Shown: in pieces, positions 37,065 through 47,295 of the stretch
Position numbering within the stretch: position 1 is the stretch's first letter
Layout: every line of letters starts with the position of its first letter
Origin: Candidatus Parachristensenella avicola
GTDB taxonomy: Bacteria; Bacillota; Clostridia; Christensenellales; UMGS416
DNA length: 64,000 nucleotides
Assembly (NCBI GenBank): GCA_904420205.1
Contig: CAJFUN010000028.1
Span: 4,568-68,567, forward strand
Reading direction: 5' to 3'
Notes under the pieces: generated by a model
Seen by the model: only the letters and a program-made list of their open reading frames with translations
Databases searched by the model: none
Told to the model about the DNA's origin: nothing
Program-made: the position numbers and the translations under genes

Positions 37065-38099
37065 TTACGCTAGGCAAATGCGCGCCTTGACCAACCGCCG
37101 CGCCCTTAGGTCGGAAAAAGCCTGAGGCAACGCTTCCAGGGGATAGGCCGCATCTCCCATAAAGGGTTCGCTGCGCAGCCTGCCCGCCCGCATCAGGTCG
37201 ATCACCGCCTGGTGCGTTTCAGCCTCCTGATAGCCCCCTTGATAAAAACGGAAGCTTCCCGGCGCAGCCAATGGCTTCATCCGGTACTGCCCCATGGCTT
37301 CGATCCCGTAAACTGCCACCGTACCGCCCGAAGCCAAAAGGCCAAGATAGGGATCCATCGCTCCGTCGGCGCCTACCGCGTCCAGGATAAAGTCAAAGGG
37401 GCCCGGCATCGCCTCCCGCAGCCTGTCGGCCGCATTTGTATCCCGATAGTCCACCACGGTTGATGCGCCTAAGGTTCGCGCCAATTCAAGACGTGCGGAG
37501 CTGCCGGCCGCGGCTACCCAGTCGGCCCCCAGGTTTGCCGCGTGGCGAACAAAGGACAAGCCGTTGCCCCCTGAACCCACCACCAGCACCCGGCTGCCGG
37601 GCCCTACGCCCATGCGCCGGATAAACGAGAGGGTTTCCCGCCAGGTTGTCAGCATGGCGCATTCCTCCAGCGGCACATCGTGGGGAATGATCTGGTTTAC
37701 CAGGGCGGAGCGGTATAGGCTCGGGTCAACCCCATCCCTGGCCATAGCCCAATGGTCCACGGCGATCCCCCATTGGCTGTAGCCGCCCCAGGCAATATTT
37801 ATCCCCTCGGCCAGGCCCGCCGGCGCACCGACACGGCTGACGTGATCGCCCACCCGATAGGTGGTTACCCCAGGGCCCAGCTCCACCACCTCACCCACGC
37901 TCTCATGCCCTAAGATGCAGGGATAAGGGATCGCAAAGGGCATCCTTCCCTCTATGATGTGCTGATCTGTGGCGGTGCAGGTACCTGCCCACTTGAGGCG
38001 GCATAGCGCCTCATATCGTCCCGGCGTGGGGATGGGGAGCTCCCGCAGGGCCAAACATCCCGGTCTTTCCACCACGTAGCACTGCATGGTTCCGCTCAT
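37065..38099 (-). CDS. zinc-type medium-chain alcohol/polyol dehydrogenase
   Basis: GHESVGEV zinc motif and a GSGGNG nucleotide-binding loop. ATG 38099 overlaps the upstream stop (ATGA). Confidence 0.8.
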   Translation of the reverse strand: MSGTMQCYVVERPGCLALRELPIPTPGRYEALCRLKWAGTCTATDQHIIEGRMPFAIPYPCILGHESVGEVVELGPGVTTYRVGDHVSRVGAPAGLAEGINIAWGGYSQWGIAVDHWAMARDGVDPSLYRSALVNQIIPHDVPLEECAMLTTWRETLSFIRRMGVGPGSRVLVVGSGGNGLSFVRHAANLGADWVAAAGSSARLELARTLGASTVVDYRDTNAADRLREAMPGPFDFILDAVGADGAMDPYLGLLASGGTVAVYGIEAMGQYRMKPLAAPGSFRFYQGGYQEAETHQAVIDLMRAGRLRSEPFMGDAAYPLEALPQAFSDLRARRLVKARICLA

Positions 38100-38725
38100 T
38101 GGCCACCCGCCTCTTTCTCCGCAGGCCTTCCTCCTTTGGCCCGAAGGATCAGCTCGCCGGAACCGTCGGCATGCTGCACCCAGGACAATGGCATCCAACC
38201 CACGTCCTGGTCATCCAAACTGCGGCAGATACGGGCGACCGCCCGATCCTCAGGCAAAGCTGCGACCCGAAGCGCCGGGTGCAGCGCCAGCAGCCGCCCG
38301 ATCATGCCCCGACGGTATTCCAACGCGGTGGCACTGCTATCGCGGCCCACCAGCAGCAGGGCTACCCGGCAGCGATCCATGGCCGTCTCCCCTGGCGCCA
38401 GGCCGGCAAAATCCACCTCTGCCCAGTCAAAGCTTCCCCGGCTGCCCCGCCAGGGGATATGATAGCCGTACCCTTGGTCCGAGAACCAGAACCACCCCGC
38501 CCGGAAAAGGGAAACCGTTCCGTCCACTGCGCCAAGAATCGCCAGTACGGCCGCGAGATTCCCGGCCAGCCGGCCATGTACTACGCTGCCCAAGGCGGCC
38601 CGTTCGCACAGCACAATGGCCGCGGCTGCAGCCGCCGCAGCTGCCCATATCAGTATCATCCGCCGAAAAACAAGCCAGCCGCCGCGGGCCAGCACCCACT
38701 GCCTTTTTTCTGGCATTTTGCCCAT
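38096..38725 (-). CDS. hypothetical membrane-anchored protein
   Basis: 209 aa. Two N-terminal hydrophobic segments, including an Ala9 run. Confidence 0.5.
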   Translation of the reverse strand: MGKMPEKRQWVLARGGWLVFRRMILIWAAAAAAAAAIVLCERAALGSVVHGRLAGNLAAVLAILGAVDGTVSLFRAGWFWFSDQGYGYHIPWRGSRGSFDWAEVDFAGLAPGETAMDRCRVALLLVGRDSSATALEYRRGMIGRLLALHPALRVAALPEDRAVARICRSLDDQDVGWMPLSWVQHADGSGELILRAKGGRPAEKEAGGQ

Positions 38726-38856
38726 TTTCGCCTCCTATCCCGCCGGCCTTGCCCGATGGTTCGGGCTTCGCGTCATGTCTTTAGGGTTTTCCTCATTATA
38801 CCGGGTTTTCCCAGCGCGCGCAATTCCCGCCCTGTGATCTACCCGGCAGGCGGAAT

Positions 38857-38888
38857 AAAAAATGCCGGTTCCTCGTGGGAACCGGCAT
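38857..38888 (-). terminator. intrinsic terminator after the DUF1002 gene
   Basis: Hairpin atgccggttcc / ggaaccggcat with the T-run on the minus strand (complement of 38857-38861). Confidence 0.8.
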
Positions 38889-38902
38889 AACGCATCCTGT
38901 GA

Positions 38903-39790
38903 TTATCGGATGTTTACCAGCGCGGCAGAGCTAAAAAGGCTCTTAAACCAACTGCTCAGGTTGGTGAAGAAATTCTTAATGCTTTCCACAAAGCCCGTGG
39001 CCTTTTCGGAGGTCTGGGCCAGGTCTTTCAGGCTATCGTTGATCTTCTGCACTTGGCTGGCCAGCTGGGCCGGGTCAATATCCAGATTAGCGATGGAAAC
39101 GATCAGGTTGGTGACCGTCTCAATCTGGTCATCCGTCAGGGTGATGTTCAGATCGCCCGCTACCTGGATAACCACCGGGCGAACCGTATCCGGGTTGTCA
39201 TAGCCCAGCTCCAGGATCTTCTGTTTAATCATCGCGATCAGTTCCGCTGCCTGCTCCTGTCCGATGATATCGCCCAGCTCGCCAGTTGTGACAAGCTCCT
39301 CGGTGGCCGTTTCCTTGGCAATGTCGCTCAGCTCTCCGCTGGTCGCCTCATAGGCCTTAAAGATGCCGGCCAGCGCGGCGGTGCCGGAAACCTTCACCGG
39401 GCAGGCCACATTGACCTCGGCGTCTTTAACGCCAGCGGTAGCCAGCGCGGAAGCATACATCGTTTCGCTTACCCAGGTGATATTCTGCGTGCTTACTTTA
39501 ATGCCATCGCCTTCGGCCAAAGGCCGGACGCTGGCGCACGACAGCGAACGGGTGCCAATCTTATCGGAGGGGACAAGGTCGCCTAGCAGCGCTTTTTCCT
39601 CGTCGATGGTGATGGTGAACAGCTGGACTTCGTCCTCCTTTACCCCCAGCATATCGAAAACTTCTTCACGCTGGCTCTGGGTCAGATCGTTCCCCAGCGT
39701 AACTTTCCACTCTCCGTCCGCCCGGGCGGCAGGCGTCATCATCAGGGCCATCATCAGCCCCAATACCAGGCATAACGCTTTCTTTTTCAT
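38903..39790 (-). CDS. DUF1002 (YpuA-like) secreted protein
   Basis: Signal peptide, then GNDLTQSQREEVFDMLGV..; the pattern matches DUF1002 as I recall it. Confidence 0.7.
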   Translation of the reverse strand: MKKKALCLVLGLMMALMMTPAARADGEWKVTLGNDLTQSQREEVFDMLGVKEDEVQLFTITIDEEKALLGDLVPSDKIGTRSLSCASVRPLAEGDGIKVSTQNITWVSETMYASALATAGVKDAEVNVACPVKVSGTAALAGIFKAYEATSGELSDIAKETATEELVTTGELGDIIGQEQAAELIAMIKQKILELGYDNPDTVRPVVIQVAGDLNITLTDDQIETVTNLIVSIANLDIDPAQLASQVQKINDSLKDLAQTSEKATGFVESIKNFFTNLSSWFKSLFSSAALVNIR

Positions 39791-39936
39791 GTTTTTTCCT
39801 CCTCGTTCGGGGTGTGTTTACTTTATCGCATTCTTTTGCCCCTGTCAACCATACAGCTGCGCAATCGCCTCTATATCGCCCGGGCAATGGGTAGCTGTAT
39901 AATGGATGCAATACAGCACAAAAGGGGGGCCGCTGC

Positions 39937-42114
39937 ATGTCCATACCCATCGCCGATTTTGCTTTTCTCAACGATACGCCTGCCGGGACGCATGGGTTCG
40001 TCCAGGCCCGCGAAGGGCGCCTTATCTTTGACGACGGGACACCCGCGCGTTTTTTTGGCGTCAACCTGTCCTTTGACGCCGCTTTCCCCGACGCGGGCAC
40101 CGCCCGGCGGATCGCCGACGATCTCTACCATAGCGGCTGTAACATGGTGCGGTTCCACCATGTAGACTCCGCACGCGGCCGTTCGCTGATCGATTATAAT
40201 GCAGGGGATACCCAGCACCTGAGCCAGGAAAATTTCCGCCGTCTGGATTATCTGGCCAGCTTGCTGAAGGAACGGGGCATCTATCTTCATCTGGACATGT
40301 ACACTCTGCGGCGCTTTTTGCCCCAAGACGGCTTTTCGCCCGACGAGGCGCAGCGCCTGACAGCGCCGGTGAAGTCCCTTTTGTATTATGACGAAAAATT
40401 ACTGGCCTTGCACGTCAGTTTTGCGGAAAAATATTTGTCCCACGTCAACGCCTACACCCAAGTGGCCTATAAAGACGAGCCGCAGGTAGCCGTCGTCCAG
40501 TTTCTCAATGAAAACGCGATTTTCTGGGATACCGGGGACCCACGCCCCGACAGCATCCTCGCCCTGCTGGGCGGCCGGTTTAACGCCTATCTGGCCGACC
40601 GCTATGGCAGCCGTGCGGCCCTGGCGGAGGCCTGGACCCATCACGGGCAATGCGAACTTCAGGCAGATGAGGACCCCTTCGAGGGCACCGTGGCCCAGCC
40701 CCCGGTAGGCGTGTGGGGCGAACGCAAATACGATCCCGCAGGCGAGGGGCTTGCATCCCCAGCCCGCCACCGGGATTTTACCCAATTCCTAGCGCAAACC
40801 CAGCGACGGGTCTTTGCTGGATTCTATGCCCGCCTCCGGCGGATGGGCGTGAAGTGCGCCATCAACTGCTCGAACCTGCCCAACGGCGCGGCAGAGCTTT
40901 ATTGCGCCCAACTGGGCGACGTAACCGAACACAACGCCTATTGGAACCATCCCGAGGGCGGCTTTCGCCCGCCGGCGCGCTTTCACCGCCACGCCATCTA
41001 TGATCTCGACCCCCGCGCGCCGAAGCCCACCTTCACCATGAATCACCCCGCTTGCGCCTGCGCCTGGGCCAAGACGGCGGAAAAGCCCATGATCGTCACC
41101 GAGTTCAACGCGCTGTATCCTACCCCCTACCGGGGCGACGCGCTGCTGCAAATGGCCGCCTATGGCTGCCTGCAGGGCTGGGACGGCATTTTGCTATTTT
41201 GCTACAGCGAAACCAGCGGGCCCGACTATACCCGCCCCGATGGAATGAACGGCTTTTTCTCCAGCGTCCACGATCCAGCCCTGTGGGGCATGTTCCCTCT
41301 GGCCGCGGCCATCTTCCGCCTTGGCTTAGTATCGCCGGGCCGCACCCGGATCGAGGTGGGCGTCTGCCCTGAGGACTGGACGCGCTGTCCCGGCGACTAT
41401 GCCGCCCTAACCACCGCTTTGGCTCCGGTTTGCCGGGTCGCCGTGCGCTTTTTCGATCATGCGATCCGCTCCAGTGCCGACGCGGTGGTCGCTTGCGGCT
41501 TCTTCCCGAGCGGTGATTATACCGGCCTGCCTCGGGCGATTCTGGGTGCGCCCGGCGGGCAGGCTTGGCTTGGCCGGCATCCGAACGCCTATCGCTGTGC
41601 TGGCCGCCCCGGCTGGGCTGATGTGCAGGCCGCCATGGTGGATTGGGGGCTCTGGGGGCGTGATACAGGCTGGGCCGGCGGCGCTGTCCGCTCCGATACA
41701 GGCGAGATTACCCTGGATATTGACCGGCATTTTTTCCGGCTGGAAGCCGGACGTGTCGCCGCATATGCGGGCCGCCGCGGGGCGGGACGCCACGCTTTCC
41801 CCTTTGAAATGGCCTTGGACGAGGGCAGTTGGTGCGCGCTGGCCATGGATGGCCTGCCGCTCGGCCAGTCAACCTGCATCCTGCTTGCCGGTATCGGCCG
41901 CTGCGAAAATACCGGCATGGTCTGGGATGGGGATACGCTTTGCGATGCCGGCCACGGGCCCATCCGCCAAGAGCTGCTGGAAGGCACGCTGACGCTGCCC
42001 TACCCTTTCACCGTTACCGACGGCTCTGGGCGCGTCTTGAAGGCCCAGCCTAGCCTGCAAGGAGGATACGCATTAACCTTAGCCGGCAGCCAAGCTTATC
42101 TGATCCGCCGATAG
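39937..42114 (+). CDS. glycoside hydrolase-like TIM-barrel protein (GH5/GH2-type clan A, unassigned)
   Basis: 725 aa. N-terminal FFGVNLSF..GCNMVRFHHVDS resembles clan GH-A enzymes. Confidence 0.5.
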   Translation: MSIPIADFAFLNDTPAGTHGFVQAREGRLIFDDGTPARFFGVNLSFDAAFPDAGTARRIADDLYHSGCNMVRFHHVDSARGRSLIDYNAGDTQHLSQENFRRLDYLASLLKERGIYLHLDMYTLRRFLPQDGFSPDEAQRLTAPVKSLLYYDEKLLALHVSFAEKYLSHVNAYTQVAYKDEPQVAVVQFLNENAIFWDTGDPRPDSILALLGGRFNAYLADRYGSRAALAEAWTHHGQCELQADEDPFEGTVAQPPVGVWGERKYDPAGEGLASPARHRDFTQFLAQTQRRVFAGFYARLRRMGVKCAINCSNLPNGAAELYCAQLGDVTEHNAYWNHPEGGFRPPARFHRHAIYDLDPRAPKPTFTMNHPACACAWAKTAEKPMIVTEFNALYPTPYRGDALLQMAAYGCLQGWDGILLFCYSETSGPDYTRPDGMNGFFSSVHDPALWGMFPLAAAIFRLGLVSPGRTRIEVGVCPEDWTRCPGDYAALTTALAPVCRVAVRFFDHAIRSSADAVVACGFFPSGDYTGLPRAILGAPGGQAWLGRHPNAYRCAGRPGWADVQAAMVDWGLWGRDTGWAGGAVRSDTGEITLDIDRHFFRLEAGRVAAYAGRRGAGRHAFPFEMALDEGSWCALAMDGLPLGQSTCILLAGIGRCENTGMVWDGDTLCDAGHGPIRQELLEGTLTLPYPFTVTDGSGRVLKAQPSLQGGYALTLAGSQAYLIRR

Positions 42115-42120
42115 CGGCAA

Positions 42121-42161
42121 GCGCCGCGCCGGTATGCACACCGGCGCGGCGCTTTTCTTTT
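42121..42161. terminator. terminator between convergent genes
   Basis: 13-bp stem gcgccgcgccggt / accggcgcggcgc followed by ttttctttt. Confidence 0.8.
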
Positions 42162-42184
42162 GGGGTATTAACCGGGTATGCGCA

Positions 42185-43810
42185 TCATACCCAAAGGCCA
42201 TGGGCCTCCCAGAACTCCGCTACCGCTGTCGGATCCTTGGGCCCGTGGGGATGATGTCCCACGCCCGGCTTCATCAAAAGCGCAAAGGGCGCCCCGCTTT
42301 CCCGGTAGCGCGCCGCAAGCAGGGCCCCGTTTTCCTCATAAGGCACCAGTGTATCGCAGTCCCCCGCTACGAGGATCAGGGGGATCTTCGCGTCGATCAG
42401 CTGCCGGTGGGCCGCATCCTGGATCCGGTAAAAGGGGCTAGGATCATCCGCCGTCAGGCCGTAGGCATCCAGGCATTGAGCCCATTCGCCCGCCGTTCCA
42501 TGGCGCCCGGGCCAGCTTAGAATATCTACCACCGGCGCATCCAAGTACAGTCCCGCCGTGTGCTGAGGATAGCGCCCGGCATAGTGAACCGCGTAAAGCC
42601 CGCCCCGGCTCAAGCCGATCAGCCCCATCCGCGGATGCAAGCCCAGCCGCCGCACCATATACTGGCGAAAGCGTTCCATTTCTTCCACCGCCTCCGGCGA
42701 GCCATATTGATCGCTTAGACGAATATAGGCCAGCTGGTAGCCACGCTGAAGCAGCGCCTCGTCGGCGTCGGCAAAAGCCCCGAAGAACTCGCAGCGCAGG
42801 GCCCAGCGCCCGTCCTCCGCCGGGCAGCGGGGGAAAACCGTCAGTGCTTCATACCCGTCAAAATAGAACCGGCGCAGGGGATAGCCGCGGAAGCTGCCTT
42901 CCGCATCCATAAAATCCGGTTCCGCCGCTAGGACGTTGTCAATTCTGGCCCGAAGCTGCATCCGCTTTTCTTCCAGGCGCACCGGCGGCAGCGGCTGCGC
43001 CTTTTGGGGTAGGCCATGGCCAATCGTTTCCTTCAGCTGCCGGTGCTCCATCATCTCTAAGCGCATCATCTTGCGCCAATAGGAGCGTCCCGCCTCCGTC
43101 TCGATAAGGCGGTCGCCGAAATCGGTTAGGCTGCGGTTAAACATGGCCTTCATCAGGGCGCGTGCCATGACCCAATGGCCGTGATCATCGGGATGGATGC
43201 CGTCTCCTGTCACGGCGGCAGGATCAGCTGCCCGCAGCGTCCTCCTATCCTCCTCCATGGGTTTGCGCAGATCCACCACCAGCTCGGCCTTCCCCGGCAT
43301 AGCCGCCAGAATCCACTCGCTATAGGCTGCCAGCACCTCGTCATAGCCTTCATAGGCCCGGTCATAGCCATAATCTGTCTCGCCCAGCGGATAAAGCGCG
43401 CCGCGATAGCTGGCCCGGTCAAAGGGGATGGGCGTGGCCACGGCCGCCTTGCATCCAGCCCGGTGCACCCGGCGTACCGCCTCCTCCACCCCGCCGCGAA
43501 AGGCGGCAAAGCGCCTCTCCTCCAGCGGATAATAAATTCCGTCGTTCATGCCATAAAAGAGCAGCACCCAGTCGGGCTGCGTCATCGCTATAGCCCGATC
43601 CAGGCGGTCCAGCCCGCAGGGCCGGGGGAAGGGGTGTCCCGGCTCGCTCAGGCCCGATAGGGTTTCGCTGCTTACGCCCGCATTCATCAGGCGGACGCGC
43701 CGCTCAAGCCCAGAAAATTTCAGATAGGCGTTGATCATGGCGATATATCGCCCATCGTCGGATATGCTGTCGCCCATCACCAGCACCCGTCCCTGTACCG
43801 CGTCTTGCAT
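42185..43810 (-). CDS. bifunctional esterase: N-terminal SGNH/GDSL hydrolase + C-terminal alpha/beta hydrolase
   Basis: VLVMGDSISDDG (GDS block) at the N-terminus; GLSRGG nucleophile elbow in the C-half. Confidence 0.7.
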   Translation of the reverse strand: MQDAVQGRVLVMGDSISDDGRYIAMINAYLKFSGLERRVRLMNAGVSSETLSGLSEPGHPFPRPCGLDRLDRAIAMTQPDWVLLFYGMNDGIYYPLEERRFAAFRGGVEEAVRRVHRAGCKAAVATPIPFDRASYRGALYPLGETDYGYDRAYEGYDEVLAAYSEWILAAMPGKAELVVDLRKPMEEDRRTLRAADPAAVTGDGIHPDDHGHWVMARALMKAMFNRSLTDFGDRLIETEAGRSYWRKMMRLEMMEHRQLKETIGHGLPQKAQPLPPVRLEEKRMQLRARIDNVLAAEPDFMDAEGSFRGYPLRRFYFDGYEALTVFPRCPAEDGRWALRCEFFGAFADADEALLQRGYQLAYIRLSDQYGSPEAVEEMERFRQYMVRRLGLHPRMGLIGLSRGGLYAVHYAGRYPQHTAGLYLDAPVVDILSWPGRHGTAGEWAQCLDAYGLTADDPSPFYRIQDAAHRQLIDAKIPLILVAGDCDTLVPYEENGALLAARYRESGAPFALLMKPGVGHHPHGPKDPTAVAEFWEAHGLWV

Positions 43811-43829
43811 GTCTGCTCCTTTCGCTTCG

Positions 43830-44834
43830 TCAACGCCCGCTCAGCGCGTCCATGACCCGTTGGCGCACCGCCATCTCCGGGGTGGCGCCGCGGGCCGCCT
43901 CCAGCGCCCATAGCACCGCCCCCGCTACAGGCGCTGCCGACAGCGGAATAAAGGTATAAGTCCGGCCGGTCAGCTCCTTCAGCCTGCGTTCAAACTGCTC
44001 CCGCATCAGGAGGCATCGAGCCTTGAGATGCACCGAACCTACCAGCACCACCTCCAGCGGCTCGTCCTCCGGCCAGGTCAGCCGCTTGACCACGCCGGCC
44101 ACCGTATGGGCCATGACGTCCCCGGTATGCAGCAATAGGGCCTGCGCCACCGTATCCCCCTCCTGCGCCACGTCGAACAGCAGCCGGGATAGGGCGTCCA
44201 CTTGGGGTTTCCCCGAAGGTTTCAGCAGGCAGTTCAGCCAAAGGGGCGCCAGCTCCTCCTCGCTTTTGAGCCCCATCATGGCAAAGAGCCGGGGGGTAAG
44301 CTCCGTAGCCGGGCCCAGGCGGTATACCTCATCGTATACCTTGCGGAAAACCATCTGACCCAGATGGGTACCGCCGGCCTCATCGCCGGAGAAAAATCCC
44401 AATCCGCCCACCTGCAGCTGGCGTCCCTCTATATCGCTGCCGGCGGCGATGGTACCCGTCCCATTGATGGAGCACAAGCCGTATCCTCGGCTGGTGCCGG
44501 CTTTAATGCCTAAAAAGGCGTCGTTATTGAGCACGAAACGCTTCAGCCCCAAATAGGAAGCGATATTGATCAAGATCTCCCGCTGCTGGGGCATATCGCA
44601 GCCGGACATCCCCAGCGCGGCAAAGGTTACGTCCTCAAAGCCCAGCCCATTGCGCTTCAAAAGTGCGCCCAGGCTCGTCTCCAGCTCCCGCTGAACGCCG
44701 TCAAAGCCATCCTCCAGGTATTCATGGTTTCCAGGCCCGCCGGTCATAAAGTCGATGGGCGCGCCGGTCCCGTCGTGTAGCGCGTAGTGGGTCTTGGTAC
44801 CGCCCGCATCCACTCCTAGAAAAATCTCGGTCAT
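43830..44834 (-). CDS. BadF/BadG/BcrA/BcrD-type ATPase (N-acetylglucosamine kinase-like)
   Basis: LGVDAGGTKTH phosphate-1 motif; 334 aa. Confidence 0.75.
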   Translation of the reverse strand: MTEIFLGVDAGGTKTHYALHDGTGAPIDFMTGGPGNHEYLEDGFDGVQRELETSLGALLKRNGLGFEDVTFAALGMSGCDMPQQREILINIASYLGLKRFVLNNDAFLGIKAGTSRGYGLCSINGTGTIAAGSDIEGRQLQVGGLGFFSGDEAGGTHLGQMVFRKVYDEVYRLGPATELTPRLFAMMGLKSEEELAPLWLNCLLKPSGKPQVDALSRLLFDVAQEGDTVAQALLLHTGDVMAHTVAGVVKRLTWPEDEPLEVVLVGSVHLKARCLLMREQFERRLKELTGRTYTFIPLSAAPVAGAVLWALEAARGATPEMAVRQRVMDALSGR

Positions 44835-44972
44835 GGCTCTCCCTCCTTTTTTTCATTATAGCTGCTGGACGCCCGCAAGAAAAGAGGCCCGGCCAATTGC
44901 CCTGCGCGGCCGTTCGCGGTATGATAAAGAAAAAACGTACGGCCGGCCGGTCCGGCCTGGAAAGGATGCCCC

Positions 44973-45542
44973 ATGAAAAAGAAGCCTGCCGAGCCCATGC
45001 GGCTCTTTATTGCCTTGGCCCTCAGCCAGCCCATGATTGATGAGGCTATGGCCGTCTCCGAGACCTGGTTTCCCTATTGTCCCCGGGCCCGCTTCACGCG
45101 TCCTGAGAACCTGCACATCACCCTGCGCTTTCTGGGCATGTGCGATCCCGGTAAGGTGGAGCGTATCACCTCTGCCATGGCCTGGACCGCCGCCATTGCC
45201 GAGCCGCTGTCGCTCCGCCTGGGGCGTCCCGGCTTTTTCCGCAAGGGGAATGAGTCCATCCTCTGGCTGGGGCTGACTGGGGACCTCGATCGGCTTGGCC
45301 AGCTACGCAGCGACCTGGATATCGCACTGGAGAATATTGGATTCCCCAAAGAAAGCGCCCCTTACCGCCCCCATATTACGATTGCCCGGGGTGTCAAGGA
45401 AGCGGATCCATCCGCCATGTGCGCAGCGGTGGCGCCCAGGCCCTTGGGCGTGAAAGCAACCGAGTTAATCTTGATGCATTCCACACGGGTAGACGATGAG
45501 CTGACTTATGTGCCGATCGCCCGCGCGCCTATCGGCGGATAA
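44973..45542 (+). CDS. thpR: RNA 2',3'-cyclic phosphodiesterase (2H phosphoesterase, LigT/ThpR)
   Basis: Two H-x-T-x motifs (HITLRF, HITIAR); 189 aa. Confidence 0.85.
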   Translation: MKKKPAEPMRLFIALALSQPMIDEAMAVSETWFPYCPRARFTRPENLHITLRFLGMCDPGKVERITSAMAWTAAIAEPLSLRLGRPGFFRKGNESILWLGLTGDLDRLGQLRSDLDIALENIGFPKESAPYRPHITIARGVKEADPSAMCAAVAPRPLGVKATELILMHSTRVDDELTYVPIARAPIGG

Positions 45543-45586
45543 CGCACATTTTTCAAGGTATACGCTGAATCACGACAGAAGGAAAA

Positions 45587-45620
45587 GGCATTGGCCGCAG
45601 CCAATGCCCTTTTCTTTTAT
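45587..45620. terminator. terminator between convergent genes
   Basis: Stem ggcattggc / gccaatgcc with a cgca loop, followed by cttttctttt. Confidence 0.75.
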
Positions 45621-45627
45621 CACCGCG

Positions 45628-46746
45628 CTATTTTCCAAAATGCCCGGCTACCGCTTTTAGGTGTTCGATAATCGGCAAGTGCTGCGGACAGGCGCGCTCG
45701 CATTGGCCGCAGCCGACGCAATCGCTGGCCTTGCCGAAAAGGTGGGTCAGGCGGTCGTAGTATTCCCCCTGGGGCGTCCACCCTTTGTCCTTGGCCTCCT
45801 GCATGTCCGCATTATAGAGCGAAAAGTATTTGGGGATCGCGATATGTTTGGGGCATCCGTCGACGCAGTAGGCGCAGCCGGTGCAGGGGACGGCGATGTT
45901 GGCGTTAATGATGTCCACTGCCTTTCGCACCAATGCCAGCTCTTCGCGATCAAGGGGCTTGAAATCTGCCATATAGGACGTGTTGTCCAGCAGCTGCTGC
46001 ATGTTGCTCATTCCCGAAAGCACCATGGCCACCTGATCCAGGCTGGCGGCAAAGCGCACGGCCCAGGAGGCTGCCGACCGGTTAGGCGCATAATTTTTGA
46101 AAAGCTTCTCCGCCGCTTCCGGCACCTGGGCCAGCGTACCGCCCTTGACGGGTTCCATCACAACTACGGGCTTATGATGCTTGACGGCAACCTCATAGCA
46201 TTTTCGGGACTGTACGCCCTCGCTGTCCCAGTCCAGATAATTGATCTGCAGCTGCACAAAATCCATTTCCGGGTGCTCGCTCAGCACCTGATCCAGCAGC
46301 TGCGCATGATCGTGGAAGGAGAAGCCAATCTTCTTCACAAGGCCCTGGCGTTTTTTCTCCATCAGCCAATCAAAGCAGTCCAGCCGGTTATAGATTTCAT
46401 AATGGTCCACCCCGACGTCGTGCAGCAGATAATAATCAAAATAGTCGACGCCGGTCTTCCTCAGCTGTTCGTTAAAGATACGGTCCCGGTCCTCTTTCCC
46501 TTTCAGGAAGCCTGCATGCAGCTTGGTGGCCAAGGTAAACCGTTCCCGGGGATACCGCTCGACCAACGCTTCCCTAGCCGCATTTTCGCTTTGAAAGCCG
46601 CAGTACATCCAGGCGGTGTCAAAATACGTGAAGCCTGCCTCAAGGAATGCGTCCACCATCTGCTTGACTTGCTCCATGTCGATCTTGGAGGGATCGTTCG
46701 CATCCGTGGAGGGGAGCCGCATCAGGCCAAATCCCAGTTTTTTCAT
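45628..46746 (-). CDS. aldo/keto reductase with a C-terminal 2x[4Fe-4S] ferredoxin-like domain
   Basis: MKKLGFGLMRLP N-terminus. C-terminal CTGCAYCVDGCP and CVGCGQCERACP clusters. Confidence 0.85.
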   Translation of the reverse strand: MKKLGFGLMRLPSTDANDPSKIDMEQVKQMVDAFLEAGFTYFDTAWMYCGFQSENAAREALVERYPRERFTLATKLHAGFLKGKEDRDRIFNEQLRKTGVDYFDYYLLHDVGVDHYEIYNRLDCFDWLMEKKRQGLVKKIGFSFHDHAQLLDQVLSEHPEMDFVQLQINYLDWDSEGVQSRKCYEVAVKHHKPVVVMEPVKGGTLAQVPEAAEKLFKNYAPNRSAASWAVRFAASLDQVAMVLSGMSNMQQLLDNTSYMADFKPLDREELALVRKAVDIINANIAVPCTGCAYCVDGCPKHIAIPKYFSLYNADMQEAKDKGWTPQGEYYDRLTHLFGKASDCVGCGQCERACPQHLPIIEHLKAVAGHFGK

Positions 46747-46785
46747 CTTTATACCTCCAGAATTTTCTCTCTTTCGATATTATTC

Positions 46786-46816
46786 AGTATATACTCTGGA
46801 GTTCACTCTAAGTCAA
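46786..46816 (-). promoter_or_regulatory. promoter with a 19-bp spacer (MerR-type architecture) upstream of the aldo/keto reductase
   Basis: On the minus strand: TTGACT (46811-46816), 19 nt (tagagtgaactccagagta, with a central GAGT-ga-ACTC dyad), TATACT (46786-46791). Lies 40 nt upstream of ATG 46746. Confidence 0.5.
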
Positions 46817-47295
46817 GTTCCTCCTCTATAGCGCCTAAAGGCGAAATCATTTACGATAAGAAGAAAGCCTCATAGAAAAAACGCTTGCGGGATCGGGGAG
46901 CCCTGCAAGCAAGGAAAAAGGGGATCGGCGCTAAGGCTGACGGATGAGCCGGGCGCCGCGGTGCGGGCGAATGCCAGCAGGCCCCTGATGCAAATCCCAT
47001 GTGCGAGGGAAAACTGCGCTTTCGGATCTCCCCCATGCTTTCCGCCGTTCAATTCGCCTTCATCATAGCGGCCGCGCAAGGGACGCAAAACGCAAGACAT
47101 TGGGCGTTTATCCTCCCAGTCGGCCTATGCAAGAGGCGGCGTTTCTCTTTTATCCCCTCTTTCTGCCTTACCCAACGCATGCAACCATTTCCATAGCCTT
47201 GCGTCAATATTCTCTATAGCCGGGGGAAAGGTTTGGCGCTAGGATAGGAAGCGTGAGGGATTTCCCTATCTTCAGCGATCAAAAAGGAGGCCAAT

